Shown piece after piece: positions 25,995 to 34,428 of a stretch of DNA of 45,467 bases. Both the position numbers and the translations under genes were made by a program. Source of the stretch: Mageeibacillus sp. UBA5438 (lineage in GTDB: Bacteria > Bacillota > Clostridia > Saccharofermentanales > DTU023). The notes under the pieces were generated by a model, which worked only from the letters and a program-made list of their open reading frames with translations, did not search any database and was not told the origin of the DNA. Each line of letters begins with the position of its first letter. Positions within the stretch are counted from its first letter, which is position 1. The DNA lies in NCBI GenBank assembly GCA_002427535.1, contig DIRK01000043.1, forward strand, positions 1-45,467, given 5' to 3'.

Positions 25995-27149
25995 GTGGCG
26001 ACAGAACGCGACTATTACGAAATATTGGGTGTGCCCCGGGATGCCGATGCTAATACGATCAAAAAGGCATTTTGGAAGCTTGCGAAAAAGTATCATCCGG
26101 ATGTGAATCCAGACGACAAGGACGCGGAGGCGAAGTTCAAAGAAGCGAACGAGGCCTACGAGGTCTTGTCGGATGAAGAAAAACGCGCTAACTACGATCA
26201 ATTCGGTCACGCGGGCGTGGATGACTCATTCAACGGCGGAGCGGCAGCCTACAATATCAACCTCGACGATCTGTTCTCGACTCTGTTTGGAAGTTTCGGC
26301 GGCTTTGGCGGCTTTGGCGGTCAACAGACGGCGCGTCGTCGGACCGGTCCTACGCGAGGCGCCAACCTTCGCTATCGTATGAACTTGGATTTCATGGAGG
26401 CAGCCTTCGGGGTCGAACGTGAAATTTCGATCAAGAAGGCCGACCGTTGCCAGACCTGCGGCGGCAAAGGGACCGCGGACGGCTCTGACCCTTCGATCTG
26501 CCCCGTCTGTGACGGCACAGGGCAGGAATATGCCCAACAACAGACACTTTTTGGACAGGTCATGACGACCCGCAGCTGTTCCAGATGCGGCGGCACAGGG
26601 CATGTCATCGACAACCCCTGCGCCACCTGTCACGGCGAAGGAACGGTCATGCGCGATAAGAAGCTCTTGGTCAACGTACCGGCCGGCATTAACGAAGGTG
26701 AGATGCTCACCTTGCGCGGCGAAGGTGAGCCGGGGCGAAACGGCGGCCCCTACGGTGACCTTTATATCCAAATCTTTATCCGGCCGCACCCTGTGTTTAC
26801 ACGCGAAGGTAACAGGACCTTCACCGAATTACCCGTCACATACGCCCAGGCCGCATTAGGCGCTGAGGTTGAAGTGCCGACGATTGACGGCCCCGTGATG
26901 CATAAGCTGCGTGAGGGAACACAACCCGGCGAGATTTATACACTCCGCGGGAAGGGGATCCCCTATATCGGACGGCCGACTGCCCGGGGTGACCATCAGT
27001 TCCGCGTCCTGATTGAGGTGCCGAGAAACCTTTCTACCGAACAAAGAGAGATGCTGCGGCAATTTGACGACAGCACCACGGATCAGAATTACGAAAAACG
27101 CGGCAGCTTCTTTGAGAAGGTAAAAAGTGCTTTTGCCTCGCGCAGGTAA
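25995..27149 (+). CDS. dnaJ: molecular chaperone DnaJ
   Basis: GTG after GGGAGGA. J domain (RDYYEILGV...KYHPD), G/F region, and four CxxCxGxG zinc-finger repeats. Confidence 0.95.
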   Translation: MATERDYYEILGVPRDADANTIKKAFWKLAKKYHPDVNPDDKDAEAKFKEANEAYEVLSDEEKRANYDQFGHAGVDDSFNGGAAAYNINLDDLFSTLFGSFGGFGGFGGQQTARRRTGPTRGANLRYRMNLDFMEAAFGVEREISIKKADRCQTCGGKGTADGSDPSICPVCDGTGQEYAQQQTLFGQVMTTRSCSRCGGTGHVIDNPCATCHGEGTVMRDKKLLVNVPAGINEGEMLTLRGEGEPGRNGGPYGDLYIQIFIRPHPVFTREGNRTFTELPVTYAQAALGAEVEVPTIDGPVMHKLREGTQPGEIYTLRGKGIPYIGRPTARGDHQFRVLIEVPRNLSTEQREMLRQFDDSTTDQNYEKRGSFFEKVKSAFASRR

Positions 27150-27156
27150 CTAATCG

Positions 27157-28110
27157 ATGGGCGCATGGGTTGTCATCGATCTTGAGTGGAACTCGGCCGC
27201 GCGCGGGGTTAAAGTCGATCCCGCACTGGCCGAAAAAATGATGTTCGAGATTATTGAAATCGGTGCCGTCCGCTTAGACGATCAGCTTCAAATCGCTGAG
27301 CGCTTTGAACGCCGTGTCAAACCCACTCTGTATAAAAGAATTCAGCACCATATCGCTCGGGTCACCAATCGCACACAGCAAAGCCTCCAGCATGGCGTGT
27401 CTTTTGAGCAGGCCTTTGGCGATCTTCTGTCTTTTAGCGGTCCCAACCCCGTATTTTGCAGCTGGGGGACCTCGGACGCTGAGGTGATGCTTGCAAACGT
27501 CCGCTTTCATAAGATTACGCCTGAACCCCTATTCAAGGGGTTAAATGTGCAGGCTGTTTTCTCAAATCTTGCTGAGGGGACCAGTCGCGGCAACCAGCGC
27601 TCCATTGAATACGCGCTCGATTTTCTACGGTTAAAAAAAGATCTTCCCTTCCATGAGGCGCTGTCCGACGCGGAATATGCCGCGCTTATTTTGCAAAGAG
27701 TCGTGGATCAGGAATGTAAAGAGGAAGAGGGAGAATCCGTCGACTCTCTTTTAAAACCCTATATTTTTGATCCTTTTTTGAACAGTCAAACAGATGAGCG
27801 CATTGAGTTGCAAAAAAAAGAAAACGTCTTAGACTACCTCGATGGACGTTCCTACGCCTGTCCTGCCTGCGGCCGGGAATTCAAAGGGCAATGGACGGAG
27901 ATAAAGCCGGATAAGAGCTGGTTTTCAAAAGGCATTTGTCCTCTCCACGGTGTCATTGAGATGACGGCGAAGCGCGCGAGGCGCACCAAAAAACCACAGA
28001 TCCAACTCCGTATAAGAATCCCTCGGGGCCCCTTGGTAGAGCCTATCCCCGAGACAGCTGAATCGGAACCGTTCATCTGGATCGATCCTGAAGCCCCTGT
28101 TCGAGAATAG
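27157..28110 (+). CDS. DEDDh 3'-5' exonuclease domain protein with a C-terminal zinc ribbon
   Basis: Exo I VIDLEWN, Exo II CSWGTSDAEVM, Exo III HEALSDAEYAALI. C-terminal CPAC...CPLH. Confidence 0.7.
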   Translation: MGAWVVIDLEWNSAARGVKVDPALAEKMMFEIIEIGAVRLDDQLQIAERFERRVKPTLYKRIQHHIARVTNRTQQSLQHGVSFEQAFGDLLSFSGPNPVFCSWGTSDAEVMLANVRFHKITPEPLFKGLNVQAVFSNLAEGTSRGNQRSIEYALDFLRLKKDLPFHEALSDAEYAALILQRVVDQECKEEEGESVDSLLKPYIFDPFLNSQTDERIELQKKENVLDYLDGRSYACPACGREFKGQWTEIKPDKSWFSKGICPLHGVIEMTAKRARRTKKPQIQLRIRIPRGPLVEPIPETAESEPFIWIDPEAPVRE

Positions 28111-28181
28111 ATAAGAATCTGTAACCTTTCCACACCCTTGTCGTCTTAGAGATTGAGGACTTAAGGGGAAAGGAATTCAGT

Positions 28182-29459
28182 ATGAAAAAAGTCATTTCAC
28201 TAGGGTTGGCCCTATCGCTATGGTTGCTATCAATGACAGGCTGTGGGGGGGGCATTTCAAAACCGGTGCCGGCAGACGCTTTTGTCCTTGCAGAACCGGA
28301 CACTCCGTTAAAGGACGTCGCTCCCTATGATCTTTCCTCTGATTTTCGCGAGGCACTTTGGCGTTTTGCGAGTAAAACGGCAGGTGCCGCGCTCGAAAAT
28401 GACAAGGAGAAAAACGCGCTTTATTCACCGGTAAGTCTTTATTTTTCGCTTGCGATGTTGAGTGAGGGGGCCAAGGGTGAGACGAAAGAAGCGCTTGAAA
28501 ACTTTTTGGAACTTGACGACCCCGAGAACCTTGCCTCTGACATGCAGCGCCTTTACTCGATGATGACGGGCGAGCATGAATATTCAGAAGAACGTCTCGC
28601 CAATGCCGTTTGGTTCGATCAGGGGCTGATCAATACCCAAGGATCGGCGATCGAACAAAGCTGGCTCGATCAACTGTCAGGTCACTATTACGCCTCTGTG
28701 TTTGCTTCTGACTTTACCGATCCCGACACGGCAACAAAGATGAGTCAATGGGTGGAAGATGAGACAAAGGGCAAGATTCGTCCCGAAATCGATCTTGCGG
28801 ATCCCTTGTTGCAACTCGTCCTCATGAATACAATTTATTACTACGCCGGTTGGGCGACGCCTTTTTCGCCGGATAAGACCATGACGGATTTGTTTACCAA
28901 TTCGGAGGGAAAAACGATCAAGCTGCCTTTCATGCAGGGTGTTTTTTCATTCACAAGCGCGATCGTTGATCCTCGTTTCACGGCGGTAAGCCTACCGCTT
29001 TCTAACGGTTCGATTCAACTGATCTTGCCCGAAGAAAATTTAGAGCCTGAGGATTTACTGATCGATCCGGATTTTATCAGCGATTTCAGATCGCGTGAAT
29101 GGGAGAGCTGCGAAGCACACCTTTCGATCCCCAAATTTGAGAGCCAACACAAGATCGACATCCTAAAGGCCATGGAGGATCTAGGCTTAGCTGACATTGT
29201 CCAAGACAACCCCGACTTTTCCGCCATGATCCACGTGCCCGATCAACCGACGTTCGTGGGCGCCATCACGCAGGAGACCTACATTGCCTTCAATGAAAAG
29301 GGCATTGAGGCCGCGGCATACACCGAGATTAGACTCGTGGGCGCCGGACCGGGCGTGCCTGAAGTTTTAGAGCTGGCCTTTGACAGACCCTACATTTATG
29401 TCATCTCGGATCAGGCAGGTGTACCGCTGTTTATCGGAATAGTCAGAAACCCAAAATAA
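28182..29459 (+). CDS. serpin family lipoprotein (copy 1)
   Basis: Signal peptide plus lipobox-like LSMTGC. Serpin blocks YSPVSLYFSLAML and LVLMNTIYYYAGW; hinge EKGIEAAAYTE; FDRPYIYVI..PLFIGIVRNP. Confidence 0.88.
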   Translation: MKKVISLGLALSLWLLSMTGCGGGISKPVPADAFVLAEPDTPLKDVAPYDLSSDFREALWRFASKTAGAALENDKEKNALYSPVSLYFSLAMLSEGAKGETKEALENFLELDDPENLASDMQRLYSMMTGEHEYSEERLANAVWFDQGLINTQGSAIEQSWLDQLSGHYYASVFASDFTDPDTATKMSQWVEDETKGKIRPEIDLADPLLQLVLMNTIYYYAGWATPFSPDKTMTDLFTNSEGKTIKLPFMQGVFSFTSAIVDPRFTAVSLPLSNGSIQLILPEENLEPEDLLIDPDFISDFRSREWESCEAHLSIPKFESQHKIDILKAMEDLGLADIVQDNPDFSAMIHVPDQPTFVGAITQETYIAFNEKGIEAAAYTEIRLVGAGPGVPEVLELAFDRPYIYVISDQAGVPLFIGIVRNPK

Positions 29460-29473
29460 GGGAGGAATGTCAT

Positions 29474-30739
29474 ATGAAAAAAACCTTGACTTTATTGATC
29501 GCCCTGTTACTTGTCTTGAGTACACTTATCGGATGCGCAAATAGCCAATCCAACAACGGGGTGAGTGCTTTGGCTTCACCGGGCGAAGCGGTAAAGGATG
29601 TATCTTACGGCGATGTGTCACAAAGCTTTCGCCGTTCACTCTGGGACTTTGCGGGTAAGACCTCTGCATCCGTTCTGTCGGGAGAACGGGATAAAAATTC
29701 ACTTTACTCGCCCATGAGCCTCTACTATGCCTTGGCCATGCTGGAAGCGGGAGCCGCGGGTCAAACAAAAACGGATCTGCAAGACTTCTTGTCCATGACG
29801 GAAGCATTAGATACGAGTCGGAACTTAAGAACGCTCTATGCCCTCATGACGAAGGAAGAAGAGGGGATCCAAGAGCAGATCGCAAACGCGCTTTGGATAC
29901 GCCAGGACCTTGTCGGTGAGGGTGGTAAAAAAATCAAACAGGATTGGCTGGATCAATTGAAGAATGAATTTTACGCCTCGGCCTTTGCCGTCGATTTCCA
30001 AGATCCCAAAACAGCGCCCAAGATGAGCGAATGGGTGGCGGAACAAACGCGGGGGAAGATCAAGCCCGAGATTGACTTGAATGACCCGCTGCTCCTTTTA
30101 GTGCTCATGAACACCGTGTATTTTAAAGCCAATTGGGATACGGCTTTCGATCCCGCTCACACGGTCAAGGACGTGTTCCATGGAATGGATCTGGATATCT
30201 CGGATGTGCCCTATCTGCAGGGCGCCTTTATGAGCCAGGCACTTTTAGACGATCACTACACCGCCGCAAGACTGTCCTTGACAGAGGGCAGTATCCGCTT
30301 TGTTTTGCCCGAAGAGGGGATGGATCCGGAGGATTTATTGAAGGATCCGCATCTTTTAACCGATCTTTTTGAGAGAGAATGGAAAAATGTATCGCTCAAC
30401 ATCGCGCTGCCGAAGTTTTCTTACAAGACGAAAGTGGACCTCTTAAAAGAGATGGAAGCGATCGGGTTGACAGAGATTGTAACAGTATCGCCCGATTTTT
30501 CGAACATGTTGACGACGGATGCTGAGGTGAGCGCTATCTCACAGGAAACCTTCATCGCCTTGGATGAGAAGGGCGTGGAGGCCGCGGCTTATACCGAAAT
30601 CCAGATACGGGAAACCGGGATGTTAGAACCGCCCGAACAATTGACATTAGAGCTTAACCGGCCCTTCCTCTATGTCATCTCGGATGGGGCGGGGGCGCCG
30701 CTTTTTGTTGGAATTGTGAGAAATCCGCTCGCGGATTAA
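29474..30739 (+). CDS. serpin family lipoprotein (copy 2)
   Basis: Lipobox LIGC. Same serpin blocks (YSPMSLYYALAML; hinge EKGVEAAAYTE; NRPFLYVISD..PLFVGIVRNP). Paralogue of the upstream gene. Confidence 0.88.
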   Translation: MKKTLTLLIALLLVLSTLIGCANSQSNNGVSALASPGEAVKDVSYGDVSQSFRRSLWDFAGKTSASVLSGERDKNSLYSPMSLYYALAMLEAGAAGQTKTDLQDFLSMTEALDTSRNLRTLYALMTKEEEGIQEQIANALWIRQDLVGEGGKKIKQDWLDQLKNEFYASAFAVDFQDPKTAPKMSEWVAEQTRGKIKPEIDLNDPLLLLVLMNTVYFKANWDTAFDPAHTVKDVFHGMDLDISDVPYLQGAFMSQALLDDHYTAARLSLTEGSIRFVLPEEGMDPEDLLKDPHLLTDLFEREWKNVSLNIALPKFSYKTKVDLLKEMEAIGLTEIVTVSPDFSNMLTTDAEVSAISQETFIALDEKGVEAAAYTEIQIRETGMLEPPEQLTLELNRPFLYVISDGAGAPLFVGIVRNPLAD

Positions 30740-30765
30740 AGGAGCGCTCGTGATAGAATCTCGTC

Positions 30766-31326
30766 ATGATGGATGACGCAATTTTAGATCTCTATTTTGA
30801 GCGATCGGAAGAGGCGCTTGCCGCCACGATGGAAAAGTACGGCACGTTGTTAAGGAGCCTTTCATGGAACATTCTGGGAAATGAAGAGGATGTCGAAGAA
30901 TGCATGAGCGATACCTACATGGCGGCGTGGGAGACGATTCCGCCTGAACGCCCCGAGTACTTTAAAGCGTACCTGTGCAAGATCGTTCGCAATTTCTCAC
31001 TCGATCGTGTGAGAAGGAAAACAAGAGAAAAGCGCGGAGGGGGTCAAGTCCCGCTCATCTTGGATGAATTGACAGAAGTCCTGCCCTCCGATGAAGATAC
31101 CAACCGTTTTGTGGAACGAAAGGAATTTTCAGAGGCTATAAGCGATTACCTGCGCTCACAGCCCGCTAGAAGAAGAAAAATCTTCTTACAGCGATACTAT
31201 TACGCCTCTCCGATCCGAGCGATCGCACAGGAGGAAAATACTACAGAAGGGGCCGTAAAGGTGCTGTTGCACCGGATGCGGCGTGAATTGAAACAATTTT
31301 TAATCAATGAGGGATATGGTGAATAA
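30766..31326 (+). CDS. ECF sigma-70 family sigma factor
   Basis: Region 2 (NEEDVEECMSDTYMAAWETIP) and region 4 (RRRKIFLQRYYYASPIRAIAQEENTTEGAVKVLLHRMRREL). Confidence 0.85.
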   Translation: MMDDAILDLYFERSEEALAATMEKYGTLLRSLSWNILGNEEDVEECMSDTYMAAWETIPPERPEYFKAYLCKIVRNFSLDRVRRKTREKRGGGQVPLILDELTEVLPSDEDTNRFVERKEFSEAISDYLRSQPARRRKIFLQRYYYASPIRAIAQEENTTEGAVKVLLHRMRRELKQFLINEGYGE

Positions 31327-32026
31327 CAAAGATACAAAATTGCATCAACTTTTTGACAGCTTGTCATCCATAGACGGCGATCTTTTGGCGGATGTCTCCC
31401 CGGCGAAACCTTCGCCCCCCATTCAACGAAAAAGATGGACGCGCTGGCAGCGCTATGCGACGGTCGCGGCCGCCTTACTGGTCGTTGTCGCAGGCGGGAT
31501 GATTGGGCATTTGTTTTTGAAAGGGTCGATAAACATGACCCGAGAGGGCGCCGCCCCCATGGACTACGAGTCAGCCGCAGAACGAGGGCGTGACACACAA
31601 TTTGGCGGAACAGCGGGTACCCAGACGAACGTCTTGGGTGAGGGGTCCCAAAGCTATGATTCAATCGATCAGCTCGTCTACGATTCGCCTTTTATTTTCC
31701 AAGGAGTATTGCTTTGGACAGAAGAAATAGAAGACGGCGATGAATGGTACTGGGAAGGCTACACGGTGACACAATCCTTTAAAGGAGTCGAAAAGAACGA
31801 ACAACTACGGATCCGGGGACTTCTGGGACAAGAAAAAAAGGAAGGTTCTGAATACCTTGTTTTTGCCAATGACGGACAGATGAGCTTCGAAATTTTGAGT
31901 GATAAAAGCCTCGACTTGTCATCTGTCAGCGATCCAAGCCTACTTTCTTGGCTCGTTCGGGATCGATTCGACGACGATTATGCGCATCTCATCGAGACAT
32001 CCTTGGCTTCAATCGAAGATCCGTAA
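31307..32026 (+). CDS. putative anti-sigma factor (single-pass membrane protein)
   Basis: Overlaps the sigma gene by 20 nt. Short cytoplasmic N-terminus, one TM (YATVAAALLVVVAGGMIGHLFL), and a ~170-aa extracytoplasmic domain. The assignment is by position and topology only; no zinc anti-sigma motif was seen. Confidence 0.5.
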   Translation: MRDMVNNKDTKLHQLFDSLSSIDGDLLADVSPAKPSPPIQRKRWTRWQRYATVAAALLVVVAGGMIGHLFLKGSINMTREGAAPMDYESAAERGRDTQFGGTAGTQTNVLGEGSQSYDSIDQLVYDSPFIFQGVLLWTEEIEDGDEWYWEGYTVTQSFKGVEKNEQLRIRGLLGQEKKEGSEYLVFANDGQMSFEILSDKSLDLSSVSDPSLLSWLVRDRFDDDYAHLIETSLASIEDP

Positions 32027-32052
32027 GCTCCGTCACAAGTCGCGATCTTTCG

Positions 32053-32081
32053 TTGACTTATGAACGCTTGGGATGTACACT
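32053..32081 (+). promoter_or_regulatory. candidate promoter for the riboswitch-led operon
   Basis: TTGACT, 17 nt, TACACT, about 20 nt upstream of the riboswitch P1 region. Confidence 0.45.
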
Positions 32082-32094
32082 TGGAAGTGACAAT

Positions 32095-32270
32095 TGAAAC
32101 ACGACCGTGTGAAGGGAAACAGGTGCAAATCCTGTGCGGTGCCGCCGCTGTAATCTGAGTGTTTCTCCCAAGGCAAAAGCCGGCCACTGAAGTATCGGGA
32201 AGGCGGGAAGAAACAAAAGGGATAAAACCTTTAGCTCATAAGCCAGAAGACCTGCCGGTTGTGTGGACGT
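32095..32270 (+). promoter_or_regulatory. cobalamin (B12) riboswitch aptamer
   Basis: All hallmark blocks appear in order: GGGAAacaGGTGcaAATCCtgtGCgGtgCCGCCGCTGTAA, GCCACTG, GGGAAGGC, and the B12 box AGCCAGAAGACCTGCC (32241-32256). Closing helix is CACGACCG (32100-32107) / CGGTTGTG (32256-32263). Confidence 0.9.
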
Positions 32271-32330
32271 AACGGAACAACGGTTTATTGTGCGTTACGG
32301 ATCAGGGTGCAATGCTTCGGTAAATACGGA

Positions 32331-32366
32331 CCGCGGATCTGCTAAAAGCAGATTCGCGGTTTTTTT
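32331..32366 (+). terminator. intrinsic terminator (riboswitch expression platform)
   Basis: CCGCGGATCTGC-TAAAA-GCAGATTCGCGG (12-bp stem, one G.U pair) followed by T7. It ends 57 nt before the first ATG of the operon. Confidence 0.85.
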
Positions 32367-32423
32367 GTGCCCCTCCGAAAGCCGGACTGTTCCAATTTCT
32401 TGAAATAAGAAAGGGAGCACAAC

Positions 32424-33908
32424 ATGAAACAAAAAAGAACCACGAAAAACACGATCGTCACGATCCTGGCCACCCTGCTGATCTTGACCGCATTCTGGCC
32501 CCAAGTAAAAGTCCTGGCGGCGGGAGCCTCCGATTGGACCTCCTATCGCGGAGCGCCGGATAATAATGCGGTCGTTGTCTTCGAAGAACCCATCGGACTT
32601 GCGGACGAACGGGTTTGGTCGAACATGGTGGGCGATCTCGGAGAATGGGGCACGAACAGCAAGTCAAGCTTCCTTCTCATCGATGAACGCCTCTACTTTG
32701 CAAGCGAAGATCAACTGTACCAACTGGATCGTGCGGGCCATGTGGTCGGCCAGATGACTTTAAGCGGCATGGTCGGATACACCGCGATTCCCGTGTATAA
32801 CGAATGGATCATCATCCCGCTTGACGGGGGTGCCTTAGAAGCCGTCGACCCAAAGACCATGACAAGCCAATGGGTGTCTTTGAGTCCGGCCGCGGAAGGT
32901 GAATACCTGCAAAATGGAAACGCGCTCCAAGTCGCGGACGGTGTCGTCTATTCATTAACACAGTTGCTCGATGAAAACTGGATGTCTGTGAAAGGCACCA
33001 TCCAGGCCGTGGACCTTCTGTCAGGTGAAAGCCTGTGGATAAGAGAAGATATTGCGATTGATTCGGAAGCGGGCTACAACCTAACGGGCGCTTTTGTCTT
33101 AGGCGACAAGCTGTTGGTCGTGGGCGAAAAAGGTGAAATGGTCATGCTTGACAAGAGGACAGGCGAGACCGTCGCGACTGAGTCTATTGGAGCGAAAGTG
33201 AAGTCATTGTTGGTACAAGACGGGGATCTTTTGTACTTCACGACCTTTGACGGGAGGCTTTTGGCCTATGAAGTCAAGGGTCAGGTAATGACGAAAAGAA
33301 AAGACATTGCCTTCTCTGTGAAATCCAACTCAACACCCGTCATCTATGAGGGCAAAGCTTATGTCGGAGGTCTTTTGGAATACGCCGACTGGGAAACGGG
33401 GACGCCTGCTGTGGGTATCTTCGCCGTCATTGATCTTGAAACGGAAGAAGTCGTGGAACGCTATGAAACAGAAGGTGAAGTCCAATCCTCCCCACTCCTT
33501 ATGGCCGGCACGGATGCTATTTATGTCTATTTCACCGTGAACAATGAAGTGGGAGCTCTTTACGCCTACGACAAAGAAGCGATCACCGAGGTTTATGTGC
33601 CTGAAGAAGAATCCCGGCAATATTCCATGTTCAGTCCCGTAGCAGACGAACAAGGAACGGTTTACTATGCCAATGACTCAGGCTATGTCTTCGCGCTCCA
33701 ATCGCTCTTTGCGGAAGAACCGGTCGAAACTGAACCGGCACCGACAGACCCCGCGGTCGAACAAGAGCCCACGGTTACTTCACCCGAACGCAATGAGGCA
33801 ATAGAGAAGGGATCGCCCAAATGGCCTTTAGCCGCTGGGATTGCGGTCGCGGTGATCCTTGTGAATGTGATTATCTGGCGTATCGTGCTCAGGTTAAGGA
33901 AAAAATAA
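32424..33908 (+). CDS. secreted PQQ-like/BamB-like beta-propeller repeat protein with a C-terminal membrane anchor
   Basis: Signal peptide (..VKVLAAGA). W..YRG.PDNN entry motif and repeated hydrophobic-G-D/G blade-like segments. P/E/T-rich stalk (EPVETEPAPTDPAVEQEPTVTSPE), then TM (WPLAAGIAVAVILVNVIIW) and RLRKK tail. Confidence 0.7.
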   Translation: MKQKRTTKNTIVTILATLLILTAFWPQVKVLAAGASDWTSYRGAPDNNAVVVFEEPIGLADERVWSNMVGDLGEWGTNSKSSFLLIDERLYFASEDQLYQLDRAGHVVGQMTLSGMVGYTAIPVYNEWIIIPLDGGALEAVDPKTMTSQWVSLSPAAEGEYLQNGNALQVADGVVYSLTQLLDENWMSVKGTIQAVDLLSGESLWIREDIAIDSEAGYNLTGAFVLGDKLLVVGEKGEMVMLDKRTGETVATESIGAKVKSLLVQDGDLLYFTTFDGRLLAYEVKGQVMTKRKDIAFSVKSNSTPVIYEGKAYVGGLLEYADWETGTPAVGIFAVIDLETEEVVERYETEGEVQSSPLLMAGTDAIYVYFTVNNEVGALYAYDKEAITEVYVPEEESRQYSMFSPVADEQGTVYYANDSGYVFALQSLFAEEPVETEPAPTDPAVEQEPTVTSPERNEAIEKGSPKWPLAAGIAVAVILVNVIIWRIVLRLRKK

Positions 33909-33912
33909 GCAG

Positions 33913-34428
33913 ATGAAAAAGATGGAACCCTTCATGAAAAAGATTGCGGTGATCGCGCTTATTTTGTTGCTTTTCTTCCCGGGCGCCTGCGCCCGGGAAG
34001 AAGCAGTATTAAAACCGGATGACGCGATCACGATCGCTGTCACAGTCGACTGTGTCTCCATCTTAAACAACTCGAATGTGTCGCAAAAGGGCCGCGATTT
34101 GCTGGACCTCTTGATTGAAAAAGATTTGAGCGATCAAAAGGGCTTGATGTTTCGGGGTGATGTCAACATCGCCCCCGCCCAGTCCGCCTTTCACGCACTC
34201 CAAAATACGGGGCTGGAGCTGCGCTACCGAGAAAGCGCCTTTGGCCCCTTCGTGCACTCGATATCCGGGCTGGGGGACAAGGACGCAGGGCCGCTTTCAG
34301 GCTGGGTGTACTTAGTGAATGGCGAAGCGCCTGACGTCAGCTCCGGATTATTTAAATTAGAAGACGGTGACATACTTCATTGGCGTTTCACCGTGGAAGA
34401 GACGGATCTCTTCTTAGATTTGCCATGA
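33913..34428 (+). CDS. DUF4430 domain exported protein (transcobalamin-like fold family)
   Basis: Signal peptide ending FPGAC (possible lipobox). C-terminal block LSGWVYLVNGEAPDVSSGLFKLEDGDILHWRF is typical of DUF4430. The alternative start is 33934. Confidence 0.65.
   Translation: MKKMEPFMKKIAVIALILLLFFPGACAREEAVLKPDDAITIAVTVDCVSILNNSNVSQKGRDLLDLLIEKDLSDQKGLMFRGDVNIAPAQSAFHALQNTGLELRYRESAFGPFVHSISGLGDKDAGPLSGWVYLVNGEAPDVSSGLFKLEDGDILHWRFTVEETDLFLDLP

Noticed and set aside
32295-32504. 69-aa minus-strand ORF spanning the riboswitch terminator and the start of the propeller gene.
   Set aside because: It overlaps a well-supported RNA element and a signal-peptide-coding region. It has no SD and an implausible composition.
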